Source of the DNA: Candidatus Pelagibacter sp.
GTDB taxonomy: Bacteria > Pseudomonadota > Alphaproteobacteria > Pelagibacterales > Pelagibacteraceae
NCBI GenBank assembly: GCA_045566095.1
Contig: JBJLEB010000005.1
Coordinates: 5,458 to 69,457 of the forward strand
Direction: 5' to 3'
Length of the DNA stretch: 64,000 nucleotides
Part shown: piece by piece, positions 52,324 to 64,000 of the stretch
Layout: every line of letters starts with the position of its first letter
How positions within the stretch are numbered: the first letter of the stretch is position 1
Made by a program: the position numbers and the translations under genes
Notes under the pieces: generated by a model
What the model was told of the DNA's origin: nothing
The model's database searches: none
What the model saw: the letters and a program-made list of their open reading frames with translations, nothing else

Positions 52324-52753
52324 CCACAATCCTTTTTAAAACCTCTTTAAATTTTATAACTGAGTCTGAATTAGAATTTTTTAAAGCATTAAAAATTCTT
52401 TTTTTTTGGGAATTATAAACAGTTTCAAAGAAAAGCTTCCCTTCTTTGTTTAAAAATAAATTTTTTTTTCTTGTGTCATTTTCGTCTTTAATTTGCTTTA
52501 TCATTTTTGATTTTATCAAATCTCTCAATACTCTATTTAAGCTCTGTTTTGTTACTTTTAATTTAAACATTAGTTCTCCTAGACTTATCCCTGGATGTCT
52601 TTCTATTAGATTTAAAGACCTTAAATGAGCTGGCCCAAAAAATCTTTTTGATAAAATTTCTTTTGGATCGGAAAAAGTTTCTCTATACGCATAAAACAAA
52701 AGTTGAATAAAATCTTTAATTTGATCATCTTTTAGATAAAGTAAATCTTTCAT
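52313..52753 (-). CDS. MarR-family regulator (PetP-like)
   Basis: LFYAYR....PD/K..L....G.AH.R, VTKQSL.RVL..L and D.R motifs. Confidence 0.9.
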   Translation of the reverse strand: MKDLLYLKDDQIKDFIQLLFYAYRETFSDPKEILSKRFFGPAHLRSLNLIERHPGISLGELMFKLKVTKQSLNRVLRDLIKSKMIKQIKDENDTRKKNLFLNKEGKLFFETVYNSQKKRIFNALKNSNSDSVIKFKEVLKRIVDGK

Positions 52754-52758
52754 AATGG

Positions 52759-52775
52759 TAAGTTATATTGACTTA
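52759..52775. promoter_or_regulatory. Imperfect palindrome, candidate MarR operator
   Basis: TAAGTTA-tat-TGACTTA (6 of 7 positions symmetric), 5 nt from the marR start codon and overlapping TTGACT, a possible -35 of ilvE. Confidence 0.5.
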
Positions 52776-52830
52776 TCCTAATAAGAAATATACTTTTTTG
52801 TAACATAAAAATCTATATATTTACTTCATA

Positions 52831-53718
52831 ATGGAAAGTGTACCTTACGATAAAAGATCTGGAAAAATTTGGTTTAACGGTAAAACCGTTGATTGGGGAG
52901 ATGCGAATATTCATGTTTTAAATCACGGTCTCCATTATGCTAGCTGTGTTTTTGAAGGTGAAAGAGTTTATGACGGTGAAATTTTCAAACTAGAAGAACA
53001 TACAGAAAGGTTATTTTACTCTGCTAAAAGAATGGGAATAAAAATTCCATATACCCAATTAGAGATTAATGAGGCTTGTAAACATATAGTTAATATTCAA
53101 AAAATTCAAAACGGTTATGTTAGACCTGTAATTTGGAGAGGAAGTGAGATGATGGCTATTTCAGCTCAAAAGAATAAAACTCATGTTGCTATTGCTACTT
53201 GGGAGTGGGGATCTTATTTTGACCCCAAGCTAAAATTAAAAGGCATAAAACTAAACATTTCATCTTGGAGAAGGCCAAACCCTAATTCTATTCCATGGGA
53301 TACAAAAGCTGCTGGACTATATATGATATGCACTTTATCTAAGCATGATGCAGAGAGTAAAGGATTTACAGACTCCTTAATGTTAGATCATGAAGGAAAT
53401 ATTGCTGAAGCAACCGGGGCAAATATTTTTTTTAAAAATAAGGTAGGTGAGTTACATACTCCTACTCCGGACTCATTTTTAGATGGCATAACTAGAAGAG
53501 AAGTAATAAAAATTGCAAAATCTAAAGGAATAGTAGTTACGGAAAGAAAGATTAAGCCAGAGGAAATGAAAAATTTTGTTGGTTGTTTTTTGACAGGCAC
53601 TGCTGCAGAAATAACCCCAGTATCTAAAATCGATAATTATAACTTTAAAATTTGTGATGTAATTTCCGATCTTACTGATAGTTATCAAACAGTAGTTAGA
53701 AAAAAAACTGCCGCCTAG
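52831..53718 (+). CDS. ilvE: Branched-chain amino acid aminotransferase
   Basis: H.LHY...VFEG.R.Y, K.AG.Y, E..GAN.F, L.GITR and GTAAE.TP motifs. Confidence 0.96.
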   Translation: MESVPYDKRSGKIWFNGKTVDWGDANIHVLNHGLHYASCVFEGERVYDGEIFKLEEHTERLFYSAKRMGIKIPYTQLEINEACKHIVNIQKIQNGYVRPVIWRGSEMMAISAQKNKTHVAIATWEWGSYFDPKLKLKGIKLNISSWRRPNPNSIPWDTKAAGLYMICTLSKHDAESKGFTDSLMLDHEGNIAEATGANIFFKNKVGELHTPTPDSFLDGITRREVIKIAKSKGIVVTERKIKPEEMKNFVGCFLTGTAAEITPVSKIDNYNFKICDVISDLTDSYQTVVRKKTAA

Positions 53719-54458
53719 CACTTTTTAGCAGTAATTAAACAAGACCATGCGAATAGTTGAAAAAACTTTAATTTAAATAAATACTGATCTAAACTTACGA
53801 GAATTCTAAAAAATTTAGAATTTTTTGGCGATCCATAAAAAGGAAAAAATATTAACGTAAGGAAACCATAATATTTTATATTTGTATTTGTAAATTTATT
53901 TTTTATATACCTAAAATCTTTATCTATTAAAGGATGTTCGTCCTTCGATCTAGAATTAGGAGTTAATTTTCTATAAAGATTTATTATTGGATTTGTCCCC
54001 AAAGGCTCCACAAAGACTAAATTTCCTTTAAATTTTAAAATTCTATAGATTTCATCTAAACATTTATTAATTTCTAGGTGATGTAAAATTCCAGTACCAT
54101 AAACAATATCAAAAGTTTCATCATCAAATTTTGTCTTTTCGCAGTTGTCTATTATATAATTTACATTGATATTTAGTTCATTTGCTTTTTTCTTAGCTTT
54201 ATCAATAGACACTTCAGAAATATCTACTCCAGTAATTTTTTTCGGATTGAATTTTATAACTCTTTCAACAAACGAGCCAGCTCCACAACCGTAGTCTAGG
54301 ACCAAAGCATCTTTTGCCTTGTGTTTTAGGAAGATAAAAAAATCCTCAGTAATATTATAAATCGATTTGTAAAATATATTTTCAAATCTACCTTTTTTTT
54401 GAGACTGAAGTTTATTGTGAAAGCTTTTTTCTCTTATATTTATTTCAGTTAAATTCAC
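53715..54458 (-). CDS. Class I SAM-dependent methyltransferase, substrate unknown
   Basis: VLDYGCGAG, GVDIS, FD.V.G..ILHHL and EPL..NP motifs; GTG start overlapping the pgsA stop. Confidence 0.88.
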   Translation of the reverse strand: MNLTEINIREKSFHNKLQSQKKGRFENIFYKSIYNITEDFFIFLKHKAKDALVLDYGCGAGSFVERVIKFNPKKITGVDISEVSIDKAKKKANELNINVNYIIDNCEKTKFDDETFDIVYGTGILHHLEINKCLDEIYRILKFKGNLVFVEPLGTNPIINLYRKLTPNSRSKDEHPLIDKDFRYIKNKFTNTNIKYYGFLTLIFFPFYGSPKNSKFFRILVSLDQYLFKLKFFQLFAWSCLITAKKC

Positions 54459-55045
54459 TAGTCGTTCTTGTTGTCTTCATTAATAGCATGATCAATTCCT
54501 TTTATAACATAATCATATCCAGTATATAGCGTTAAAAAAGCAGAAAGCCATAATAGCACTATTCCAATAGTTTGGGCATTATAGTCTTGAAAATTTATTA
54601 ATTTATTTCCGCTCTCTCCAGTTAAAAGAATAGCAATTGATAACATTTGCAAAAAAGTTTTTAATTTTGCAAGTCCCGTCACTTGCATAGATACTTTTGC
54701 TTTAGCTAGAAATTCTCTTAATCCAGAAATTAATATTTCCCTTGTAAGGATTATGATAGCTGCAATTACTTCATAGTTTTTAATAGTATTGTTCATTACT
54801 AACAATATTAATGCAGCTGCTACTATTATTTTATCCGCAATTGGGTCTAGTAGTTCTCCTAATTTTGACTCTTCCTTAAACAATCTTGCTAAAAGACCAT
54901 CAAGGTAATCTGTAAAGCTAGCTAGAACAAATAAAAAAAAAGGAATTAAATCACCAAAAAATCCTGGAATAAAAAAAGTTAAAACGAATACTGGGACAAT
55001 AATTATACGTCCTATTGTTAAAATATTTGGAATTTGTAGCTTCAT
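54458..55045 (-). CDS. pgsA: Phosphatidylglycerophosphate synthase
   Basis: PN.LT..R, TD.LDG..AR, G..LDP.ADK and RE...SGLRE motifs; follows uvrC. Confidence 0.96.
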   Translation of the reverse strand: MKLQIPNILTIGRIIIVPVFVLTFFIPGFFGDLIPFFLFVLASFTDYLDGLLARLFKEESKLGELLDPIADKIIVAAALILLVMNNTIKNYEVIAAIIILTREILISGLREFLAKAKVSMQVTGLAKLKTFLQMLSIAILLTGESGNKLINFQDYNAQTIGIVLLWLSAFLTLYTGYDYVIKGIDHAINEDNKND

Positions 55046-55048
55046 AAA

Positions 55049-56887
55049 TTATTCGTGGAAATAATTATATATTTTATTTGCAATATTGTCTTCAATTCCT
55101 TCTATAGCTTTTAAATCCTCAAGACTTGCTGACTCAACTGCTCGTGCTGATCCAAAATGATTTAATAAAGCTCTTTTTCTTTGTTTTCCTATTCCCTGTA
55201 TTTGATCTAATAAAGATTTGCTTAAGTTTTTCTTCCTTTTAGCTCTGTGCGTACTAATAGCAAATCTGTGAGCTTCATCTCTTAGTCTTTGAATAAAAAA
55301 TAGAAGAGGGTCATTTTTATTTAAAATATATTCTTTACCTTCATGGTAAATTTTTTCCTCACCAGCATTTCTCTTTTTTCCTTTTGCCACGGCTAATATC
55401 GGCAAGTCATGTAGACCAAGTTCATTTAGAATTTCCCTACTTACTGAATATTGTCCTCTACCACCATCAACTAAAATTAAATCAGGTAGAGATAATGATC
55501 CTGATTTTTCTTTAATAGCTTTAGAAAATCGCCTGAAAAGAACCTCCTTCATCATTCCATAATCATCATTAGTTATTTTCTCATTTTTTATATTAAATTT
55601 TCTGTATCTTTTTTTTAAAAAACCTTCATTTCCAAAACATATTAATGCACCAATCGAGTCTGTTCCTTGATTATGGCTGTTATCGTAAACTTCAATAAGA
55701 TCAATGTTATTGTCTAACTTAAATTTAATAGATAATTTATCGATCAAATTATTATTAGTATCTGATTGAATTAGTTTTTGAGTTAAAGATTGTTTGGCAT
55801 TTTTTTCTGCAAGCTTAGATAAGCTAATTTCATTTTTTAACTTAGCAAGTTTAATTATTACTTCCTTACCCTCTTTTTCTGAAAATGTTTTTTGTAACAG
55901 TTTTTTGTCGTTTGTTTCAAAGTTTGTTATTATTAAGCATGGTATAGTTTTATTTTCATAAAATTGAGAAATAAATGAGGAGAGGATGTCTTGAACAGAT
56001 TCATCTGCATCATGTTTTGGATAAAAAGCCTGGTTACCCCAATTTTGTTTAGCTCTAAAAAAAAATACCTGCACACAAGTTTTTCCTGTTTCTTTATGAA
56101 TACTTATAACATCAGCTTCATTTAAATTTGTTTGGTTAATCTTTTGAGACGTTTGAATCTGAGTTAAAGCTTTTATTCGATCTCTGGCAATCGCTGCTTT
56201 TTCATAGTCTAAATCCTTGCTTGCCTTCTCCATTTCTTTAGAAAGAGTTTTTTGAATTCTTCTTGATTTTCCAGAAATAAATTCAACTGCATCATTTACA
56301 GTCGATGAATAATCTTGTTCGGAAATATGACCAACGCATGGCGCTGAACATCTTTTAATTTGATAAAGAATGCAGGGTCTTTCTCTATTCTTAAATACCG
56401 TGTCATCGCAAACTCTCAAAAGAAAAATTTTTTGTAAAATTTTGATAGTCCAATTAGCTGAGCCAATAGATGAGAAGGGCCCAAAATAATGTCCCGATTT
56501 TGATTTCTTCCCTCTAAGTTTTGTTAATTGTGGCCATTTATCTTTATTGCCGATATAAATGTATGGAAAAGATTTATCATCACGTAAAAGTATATTGAAT
56601 CTCGGCTTATGTTTTTTTATTAAATTAGCTTCTAAAAGCAATGCTTCGCTCTCATTGTTTGTAGTAGTTGTTTCAAGTGAATGAGTTAAAGAAAGCATTC
56701 TCTCCGTTCTAATAGGTAAATTGGTATCAGAGGCATAACTTTTAAGTCTATTTGGTATATTTTTTGCTTTACCAATATATAAAATTTCCCCAGATGAGCT
56801 TATCATCTTATAAACTCCAGCGTTTCTTGAAATTAAAGGAATTTTTTCTTTTATTACTTTTTTTCCAAGCTCTAGACTATTAATCAT
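55049..56887 (-). CDS. uvrC: Excinuclease ABC subunit C
   Basis: GIY-YIG GVY....[35 protein letters not shown] and C-terminal HhH. Confidence 0.98.
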   Translation of the reverse strand: MINSLELGKKVIKEKIPLISRNAGVYKMISSSGEILYIGKAKNIPNRLKSYASDTNLPIRTERMLSLTHSLETTTTNNESEALLLEANLIKKHKPRFNILLRDDKSFPYIYIGNKDKWPQLTKLRGKKSKSGHYFGPFSSIGSANWTIKILQKIFLLRVCDDTVFKNRERPCILYQIKRCSAPCVGHISEQDYSSTVNDAVEFISGKSRRIQKTLSKEMEKASKDLDYEKAAIARDRIKALTQIQTSQKINQTNLNEADVISIHKETGKTCVQVFFFRAKQNWGNQAFYPKHDADESVQDILSSFISQFYENKTIPCLIITNFETNDKKLLQKTFSEKEGKEVIIKLAKLKNEISLSKLAEKNAKQSLTQKLIQSDTNNNLIDKLSIKFKLDNNIDLIEVYDNSHNQGTDSIGALICFGNEGFLKKRYRKFNIKNEKITNDDYGMMKEVLFRRFSKAIKEKSGSLSLPDLILVDGGRGQYSVSREILNELGLHDLPILAVAKGKKRNAGEEKIYHEGKEYILNKNDPLLFFIQRLRDEAHRFAISTHRAKRKKNLSKSLLDQIQGIGKQRKRALLNHFGSARAVESASLEDLKAIEGIEDNIANKIYNYFHE

Positions 56888-57279
56888 ATTTTGCTTTTTG
56901 AAAATTCTACACCTACTGACTCTGAATTTTTTATTATATCCATTTTTTCAATTTTAATTTTTGTTTTTTTAACTAATCTATTTTGAAAAATTATTTCAAA
57001 TATATTTTCTGCTAGATCTTCGATAAGATTATGATGTTGTTTTTTAACTAATAATTTAATTTTGTTAATTAAATCTTCATAATTTAAAATTGTTGATAAA
57101 TCTTTATTATTTGGTTTAACATTAGGATTTGTAATTACCTCAATATTAAATCTTACTCTTTGTTTTTTTTTCTTTTCAAAATTATGTATTCCAATAAATA
57201 TACTAAGCACTAAGTTTTTGATAATTACTTTTCTCTTATATTTATACTTTTCTTTTAATTTTAATTTAATTATTTTCAT
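56884..57279 (-). CDS. folB: Dihydroneopterin aldolase family protein
   Basis: IGIH..EK...Q.V, NYE, H.NL.E.LAE.I, K.EK and VGVE motifs. Confidence 0.88.
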   Translation of the reverse strand: MKIIKLKLKEKYKYKRKVIIKNLVLSIFIGIHNFEKKKKQRVRFNIEVITNPNVKPNNKDLSTILNYEDLINKIKLLVKKQHHNLIEDLAENIFEIIFQNRLVKKTKIKIEKMDIIKNSESVGVEFSKSKI

Positions 57280-58031
57280 TCTTTTACATTTATTATATCA
57301 GGTGTATTCCAGGCTAGTCTTTGTCCACTATCAATATTAATTATTTCTCCAGTTATATTATTATTTTTCATTAAAAATTTTACTCCATCACAAATACTTT
57401 TAAGCTCCACTTTTCTTTTTAAAAGTACAGATTTCCACTGTTTTTTAAAGTGTCTTTCTGATTGCCTTGAATTTTTTAATGTCGGGCCTGGTGAAATTCC
57501 GTTTACTTTTATATTTGGGGCCAATTTCATAGCTGCGGTTTTAGTAAGAGTGACTAAATTTGATTTACTGAGCGTATAAGAGAAGAAGTAAGGGGTTAAT
57601 TTTTCCACTCTTTGATCAATAATATTAATGATATTTCCTTCTGAATTTTTTAATAATTTTTTAAAATTTTGCATCAAAATTGCTGGTGCTCTTAAATTAA
57701 CATTTAAATGTTTTGTAAAACTTTTATCTGTAAAATTTTGTAAATTGTCATTTTCAAATAATGAGGCATTATTTATTAAGCAATTTAATCCTTTCATCTT
57801 TTTATAGGCTAATTTAAGAAGAGATTGAGTTTGTTTTAAATTACCAAGATCAGCTTTTAATAAATAAACCTCACTACCTAAGCTCTCCAATTCCTTTTTC
57901 AATTTTAAAGCGCTATCTTTTGATTTGTTGTAATGAATAGCTATAGACGTTTCAAAGTCCGCCAAACTTTTGGCTATTGCTGCACCAATCCTAGTAGCTC
58001 CACCTGTTATAATTATTTTATTTGTCGTCAT
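57276..58031 (-). CDS. Short-chain dehydrogenase, pteridine reductase/FolM-like
   Basis: TGGATRIG (Arg in the Gly-rich loop), IHY..S, LINNAS.F, IINI.D and Y..SK motifs. Confidence 0.85.
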   Translation of the reverse strand: MTTNKIIITGGATRIGAAIAKSLADFETSIAIHYNKSKDSALKLKKELESLGSEVYLLKADLGNLKQTQSLLKLAYKKMKGLNCLINNASLFENDNLQNFTDKSFTKHLNVNLRAPAILMQNFKKLLKNSEGNIINIIDQRVEKLTPYFFSYTLSKSNLVTLTKTAAMKLAPNIKVNGISPGPTLKNSRQSERHFKKQWKSVLLKRKVELKSICDGVKFLMKNNNITGEIINIDSGQRLAWNTPDIINVKE

Positions 58032-60181
58032 TTTTTTCTTTTTTTATTTACTTTAGTCCCAGGCATTCCTAATGTTGATCTTCCTTTAGGGTATATTTTA
58101 CTTTTCAAATTATATTGGCTTATTTTTGGATTTAAAGTTATTTCTAACTCACTTGCTTCTAGTTTCCTGATTTCATCTCTTATTCTAGCAGCTTCCTCAA
58201 ACTCCAAGTCTTCCGCAGACTCCTTCATCTTCTTTTTTAGACCCTTTAAATGTTTTTTTAAATTTCCACCAATATTTGACTCTTTGATATTTACATAATC
58301 TTTTTCGTAAACAGACTCTAGAATATCTCCTATCTCTTTTTTTATAGACTCAGCTGTTATATTATTTTTTTTGTTATAATCTGATTGTTTTGTTCTTCTA
58401 CGATCTGTTTCTTTAATAGCTTTGTCAATGCTCTTTGTCACCTTGTCAGCGTATAAAATTACCTTACCATCTATGTTTCTAGCTGCTCTTCCAATAGTTT
58501 GAATCAAGGAAGTTTCTGATCTTAAAAAACCTTCTTTGTCGGCATCTAAAATGCCCACTAGCCCGCATTCCGGTATATCCAATCCTTCTCTTAATAAATT
58601 AATTCCAACTAAAATATCAAAAACTCCAAGTCTTAAATCTCTAATAATTTCTATTCTTTCTAGTGTGTCGATATCAGAGTGCATATATCTAACCTTTAGA
58701 CCATTTTCATGAAGATACTCGGTTAAATCTTCAGCCATTTTTTTTGTTAATGTTGTTGCCAGTACCCGATAACCCTTTTCGATTACTTGTGCAGCTTCAT
58801 GCATAAGGTCATCTACTTGGGTTTTTGCAGGTCTTATTTCCACTGGTGGGTCTATTAATCCTGTTGGTCTTATAATTTGATCAATGTGTTTATTATCTGT
58901 TTGTTTTAATTCCCATGGACCTGGTGTAGCAGAAACAAATATTGTTTGAGTTCTCATCATATCCCATTCCTCAAATTTTAAAGGCCTGTTGTCCATGCAA
59001 GACGGTAATCTAAAACCATATTCAGCTAATGTACTTTTTCTTGTTCTATCTCCTTTATACATTCCATTTAATTGTGGAACGGTTACATGACTTTCATCAA
59101 CAAATATAATCGCATTGTCAGGAAAATATTCAAATAAAGTTGGTGGAGGTTCGCCGGCTTTTCTACCTGATAAATACCTTGAATAATTTTCAATGCCTGC
59201 ACATGTGCCAGTAGCTTCTATCATTTCAAGATCAAACTTAGTTCTTTCTCTTAATCTTTGTTCCTCTAATAATTTGTTATCTGAACGATGTTTTTTTAAA
59301 GTCTCTGCTAATTCTGATTTTATTTGTCTAATAGCTTGGTCCATCGTTGGTTTAGGAGTTATATAGTGACTGTTTGCATAAATTTTTATTGCAGAATATT
59401 CATTAGTTTTATCTCCAGTTAGAGGATCGAATTCTTCTATTTTTTCTAATTTATTCAAATTAAAACTTACTCTCCAAGCTCTGTCTTCTAAGTGGGATGG
59501 AAAAATTTCTAAATTTTCTCCTCTAACTCTAAAAGTTCCTCTGAAAAAATTTTGATCATTTCTTTTGTACTGGAGAGTAACAAAAGTTCTTATTAAATCA
59601 TCTCTATTATATTCGTTATTTTTTTTAAGAGTTATTGTCATTTTGCTGTAAGCTTCTACTGAACCTAATCCATAAATACATGAAACGCTGGCGACAATTA
59701 TTACGTCGTCTCTTTCCAGTAAAGATCTTGTAGCTGAGTGTCTCATTCTATCTATTTGTTCATTAATTGATGCTTCTTTTTCTATATAAGTATCTGATCT
59801 AGGTACATATGCCTCTGGAGTATAATAATCGTAATATGATACAAAATATTCAACAGCATTATCTGGAAAAAAACTTTTAAATTCTCCGTACAACTGTGCA
59901 GCTAAAGTTTTATTTGGAGCAAGAATTAGAGCAGGTCTATTAGTTTGTTCAATAACTTTTGCCATTGTAAATGTTTTACCCGATCCAGTTACACCAAGGA
60001 GAACTTGTTCATTTTTTTTATTTTTTAGATTTTTAGTTAAAGTTTTTATAGCCCCAGGCTGATCACCAGCTGGTTGAAAATCACTTTTTATTTTGAATTT
60101 AATTCCACCCTCTAACTTCTTTTTGGAAGAGTTGTTAGTAGTTTCAATATCTAGTATTTTTTCTTGATAAGTATTTTGCAT
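58028..60181 (-). CDS. uvrB: Excinuclease ABC subunit B
   Basis: [44 protein letters not shown] and a UVR domain. Confidence 0.99.
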   Translation of the reverse strand: MQNTYQEKILDIETTNNSSKKKLEGGIKFKIKSDFQPAGDQPGAIKTLTKNLKNKKNEQVLLGVTGSGKTFTMAKVIEQTNRPALILAPNKTLAAQLYGEFKSFFPDNAVEYFVSYYDYYTPEAYVPRSDTYIEKEASINEQIDRMRHSATRSLLERDDVIIVASVSCIYGLGSVEAYSKMTITLKKNNEYNRDDLIRTFVTLQYKRNDQNFFRGTFRVRGENLEIFPSHLEDRAWRVSFNLNKLEKIEEFDPLTGDKTNEYSAIKIYANSHYITPKPTMDQAIRQIKSELAETLKKHRSDNKLLEEQRLRERTKFDLEMIEATGTCAGIENYSRYLSGRKAGEPPPTLFEYFPDNAIIFVDESHVTVPQLNGMYKGDRTRKSTLAEYGFRLPSCMDNRPLKFEEWDMMRTQTIFVSATPGPWELKQTDNKHIDQIIRPTGLIDPPVEIRPAKTQVDDLMHEAAQVIEKGYRVLATTLTKKMAEDLTEYLHENGLKVRYMHSDIDTLERIEIIRDLRLGVFDILVGINLLREGLDIPECGLVGILDADKEGFLRSETSLIQTIGRAARNIDGKVILYADKVTKSIDKAIKETDRRRTKQSDYNKKNNITAESIKKEIGDILESVYEKDYVNIKESNIGGNLKKHLKGLKKKMKESAEDLEFEEAARIRDEIRKLEASELEITLNPKISQYNLKSKIYPKGRSTLGMPGTKVNKKRKK

Positions 60182-60216
60182 TATGTGTTATTAATAATTT
60201 AAAAAAAACATTATAA

Positions 60217-62351
<2,135 letters not shown>

Positions 62352-62375
62352 TATGATATATTTATATAGTAACTA

Positions 62376-63326
62376 ATGTTAGAATTAAAAGCTCTTCTTT
62401 TAACGCAAGGTATGCATGGAATGATAAGCCAAGTTGAAGGCTTAGCAAAGGCTTTAAAATTTAATTTTAAACATCAAAATATAAAATTAAAACCTTTTTG
62501 GAATTTAATTCCACCAAAATTAACTCCAATATCTGAAAACTTATTAACAGAAAAATTTGTGTGTGATAGTAAAATAATTATTTCATGTGGAAGAAAAAGC
62601 GTAATACCATCAATAGCTCTAAAAAAACGACTTGGAAATGAAATTTTTAATATACATATCCAAGACCCAAAAGTTTCTTTTGAGCACTTTGATACTATTA
62701 TCAGTCCTGAACATGACGGCATAAAAGGAGATAATATTTTAACAACTAGAGGCTCTATTCATTATTTAACAAAAAAAGAAATAGCAGAAAATTCTGAATA
62801 TATTCAGATAAATAAAGAAAAAAAAAAAATTGTATCTTTTATCATTGGAGGACCAAACAAATATTATAATTATTCAGATGAACAAATTCATTATCTTTTT
62901 AATAAGGTCAAAACATTGTTTACACCAGATAAATATAAGATAATTATTATACCATCTTACAGAACCCCTGAAAGAATTATAAAAAAAGCATACAATACTT
63001 TTGGTTTTAATCACTACGTTGTAAAAGAAATAGATAAAAAAGCATACCTCAGTTCTTTAGCCCAAGCAGACTATATAGTTGTGACTTGTGACTCTACCTC
63101 TATGATATCAGAAGCAGCTGTTACAGGAAAACCAGTTTATATGGCTATGATGAAACCTAATAGAAGCATAAGAAGATTTAAAAGTTTTTATTCTCAATTT
63201 AAAAGCTTAGGAATTGTAAAAGAATTAAATGATAATGTTGACAATTGGAGTTATGATAAGTTAGATGAAGTAAATAGGATCGCTCCAATAATAAAAGAAA
63301 AAATGAAAAAAAATGGAATTATTTAA
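62376..63326 (+). CDS. ELM1 (mitochondrial fission ELM1-like) family protein, putative glycosyltransferase fold
   Basis: G..SQ..GLA, ISCGR, IQDP, P.HD, IGG, S.RTP and VT.DS.SMISEA..TGKPVY motifs. Confidence 0.85.
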   Translation: MLELKALLLTQGMHGMISQVEGLAKALKFNFKHQNIKLKPFWNLIPPKLTPISENLLTEKFVCDSKIIISCGRKSVIPSIALKKRLGNEIFNIHIQDPKVSFEHFDTIISPEHDGIKGDNILTTRGSIHYLTKKEIAENSEYIQINKEKKKIVSFIIGGPNKYYNYSDEQIHYLFNKVKTLFTPDKYKIIIIPSYRTPERIIKKAYNTFGFNHYVVKEIDKKAYLSSLAQADYIVVTCDSTSMISEAAVTGKPVYMAMMKPNRSIRRFKSFYSQFKSLGIVKELNDNVDNWSYDKLDEVNRIAPIIKEKMKKNGII

Positions 63327-63975
63327 ATCATTAGAAAATAAAACAAAATTATACGAAAATCCTTTTAAACATTTTGAGCTTAACGAGCCCTTGACTAGTG
63401 AAGCAATAAAAGAAATTTGTGAGGCTGATATCACTGATCCAAGAAAAGAAAATTTAAATTATGATGGTACTAGAGCCTTGGATGGAGGAGAAGGCTCTTT
63501 TCGCGCAGGTATCAAAGACGGAGGAAAAGCGAAAAAAATTAGATGTTATGTAACTAAAGATAATTCAAAATTATTTCCTCATCTAAAAAATTTTATAGAA
63601 GAACTTAGATCTGCCGAAGTTTACAAAAAAATAGGTTCACTAATTGGTCGAGATTTAAGTAATTCATTTGTAAGACTAGAAGTTATTTGTGATAGAGAAG
63701 GTTTTTGGCTTAAACCGCATTGTGATATTAGGGAAAAGTTAATGTCATCAATTGTTTTTGTTAATCCTCATGGAGAGTCAGAGAATCTAGGAACAGATTT
63801 TTATAATGAAAAATTAGAAAAAGTTAAAACTGTTCCCTATAAACACAACTATGGATATTTCTTCACTAGTGGACCAAACACTTGGCATGGCATGGAAAAA
63901 AAAGAGATTAAAAAAGAGCGGAGATGTATTCAAATTAATTATGTTACTTTTGAAACTGACTGGAAAGTGAAATAA
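63313..63975 (+). CDS. Putative 2OG-Fe(II) oxygenase-fold protein
   Basis: H-x-D (LKPHCD), GT..Y, distal His (TWHG) and R..IQINY arranged like a facial triad plus a 2-oxoglutarate-binding Arg. Confidence 0.65.
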   Translation: MELFKSLENKTKLYENPFKHFELNEPLTSEAIKEICEADITDPRKENLNYDGTRALDGGEGSFRAGIKDGGKAKKIRCYVTKDNSKLFPHLKNFIEELRSAEVYKKIGSLIGRDLSNSFVRLEVICDREGFWLKPHCDIREKLMSSIVFVNPHGESENLGTDFYNEKLEKVKTVPYKHNYGYFFTSGPNTWHGMEKKEIKKERRCIQINYVTFETDWKVK

Positions 63976-64000
63976 TTCAATCATTCGATTACTTATAATA

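Overview
Extremely AT-rich, gene-dense alphaproteobacterial chromosome segment. Gene content, order and streamlining (many 1-4 bp overlaps, almost no intergenic DNA, no clear intrinsic terminators) strongly suggest a SAR11/Pelagibacterales genome; this is inferred from protein sequence and synteny, not from a database search. It is mostly core genome: purD (partial), msbA-waaA-lpxK-lpxL and ubiA, a small redox cluster (CDGSH, haloacid dehalogenase, pirin, qor), the aa3 cytochrome c oxidase operon, thrC/thrB, ispH with the retinal genes crtI-crtB-crtY-blh directly behind the F0 ATP synthase genes, smc-dsbA-dciA-mutY, ccrM-rnhB-udg, ispE, tRNA-Gln and cca, petABC, prs-rplY-pth-ychF, a MarR/OmpR/EnvZ-type module, ilvE, uvrB/uvrC, aspC and trxB. 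No CRISPR array, transposase, integrase or prophage was seen. Most notable: (1) an 814-aa SMC with both ATPase head halves but no recognisable hinge; (2) adjacent single-base frameshifts in ccrM and rnhB, probably local sequence errors, beside a GANTC-containing hairpin in the ccrM leader; (3) an uncalled 37-aa membrane ORF between ctaB and ctaG; (4) head-to-head genes whose start codons share a palindrome; (5) several candidate operators in the few intergenic gaps.
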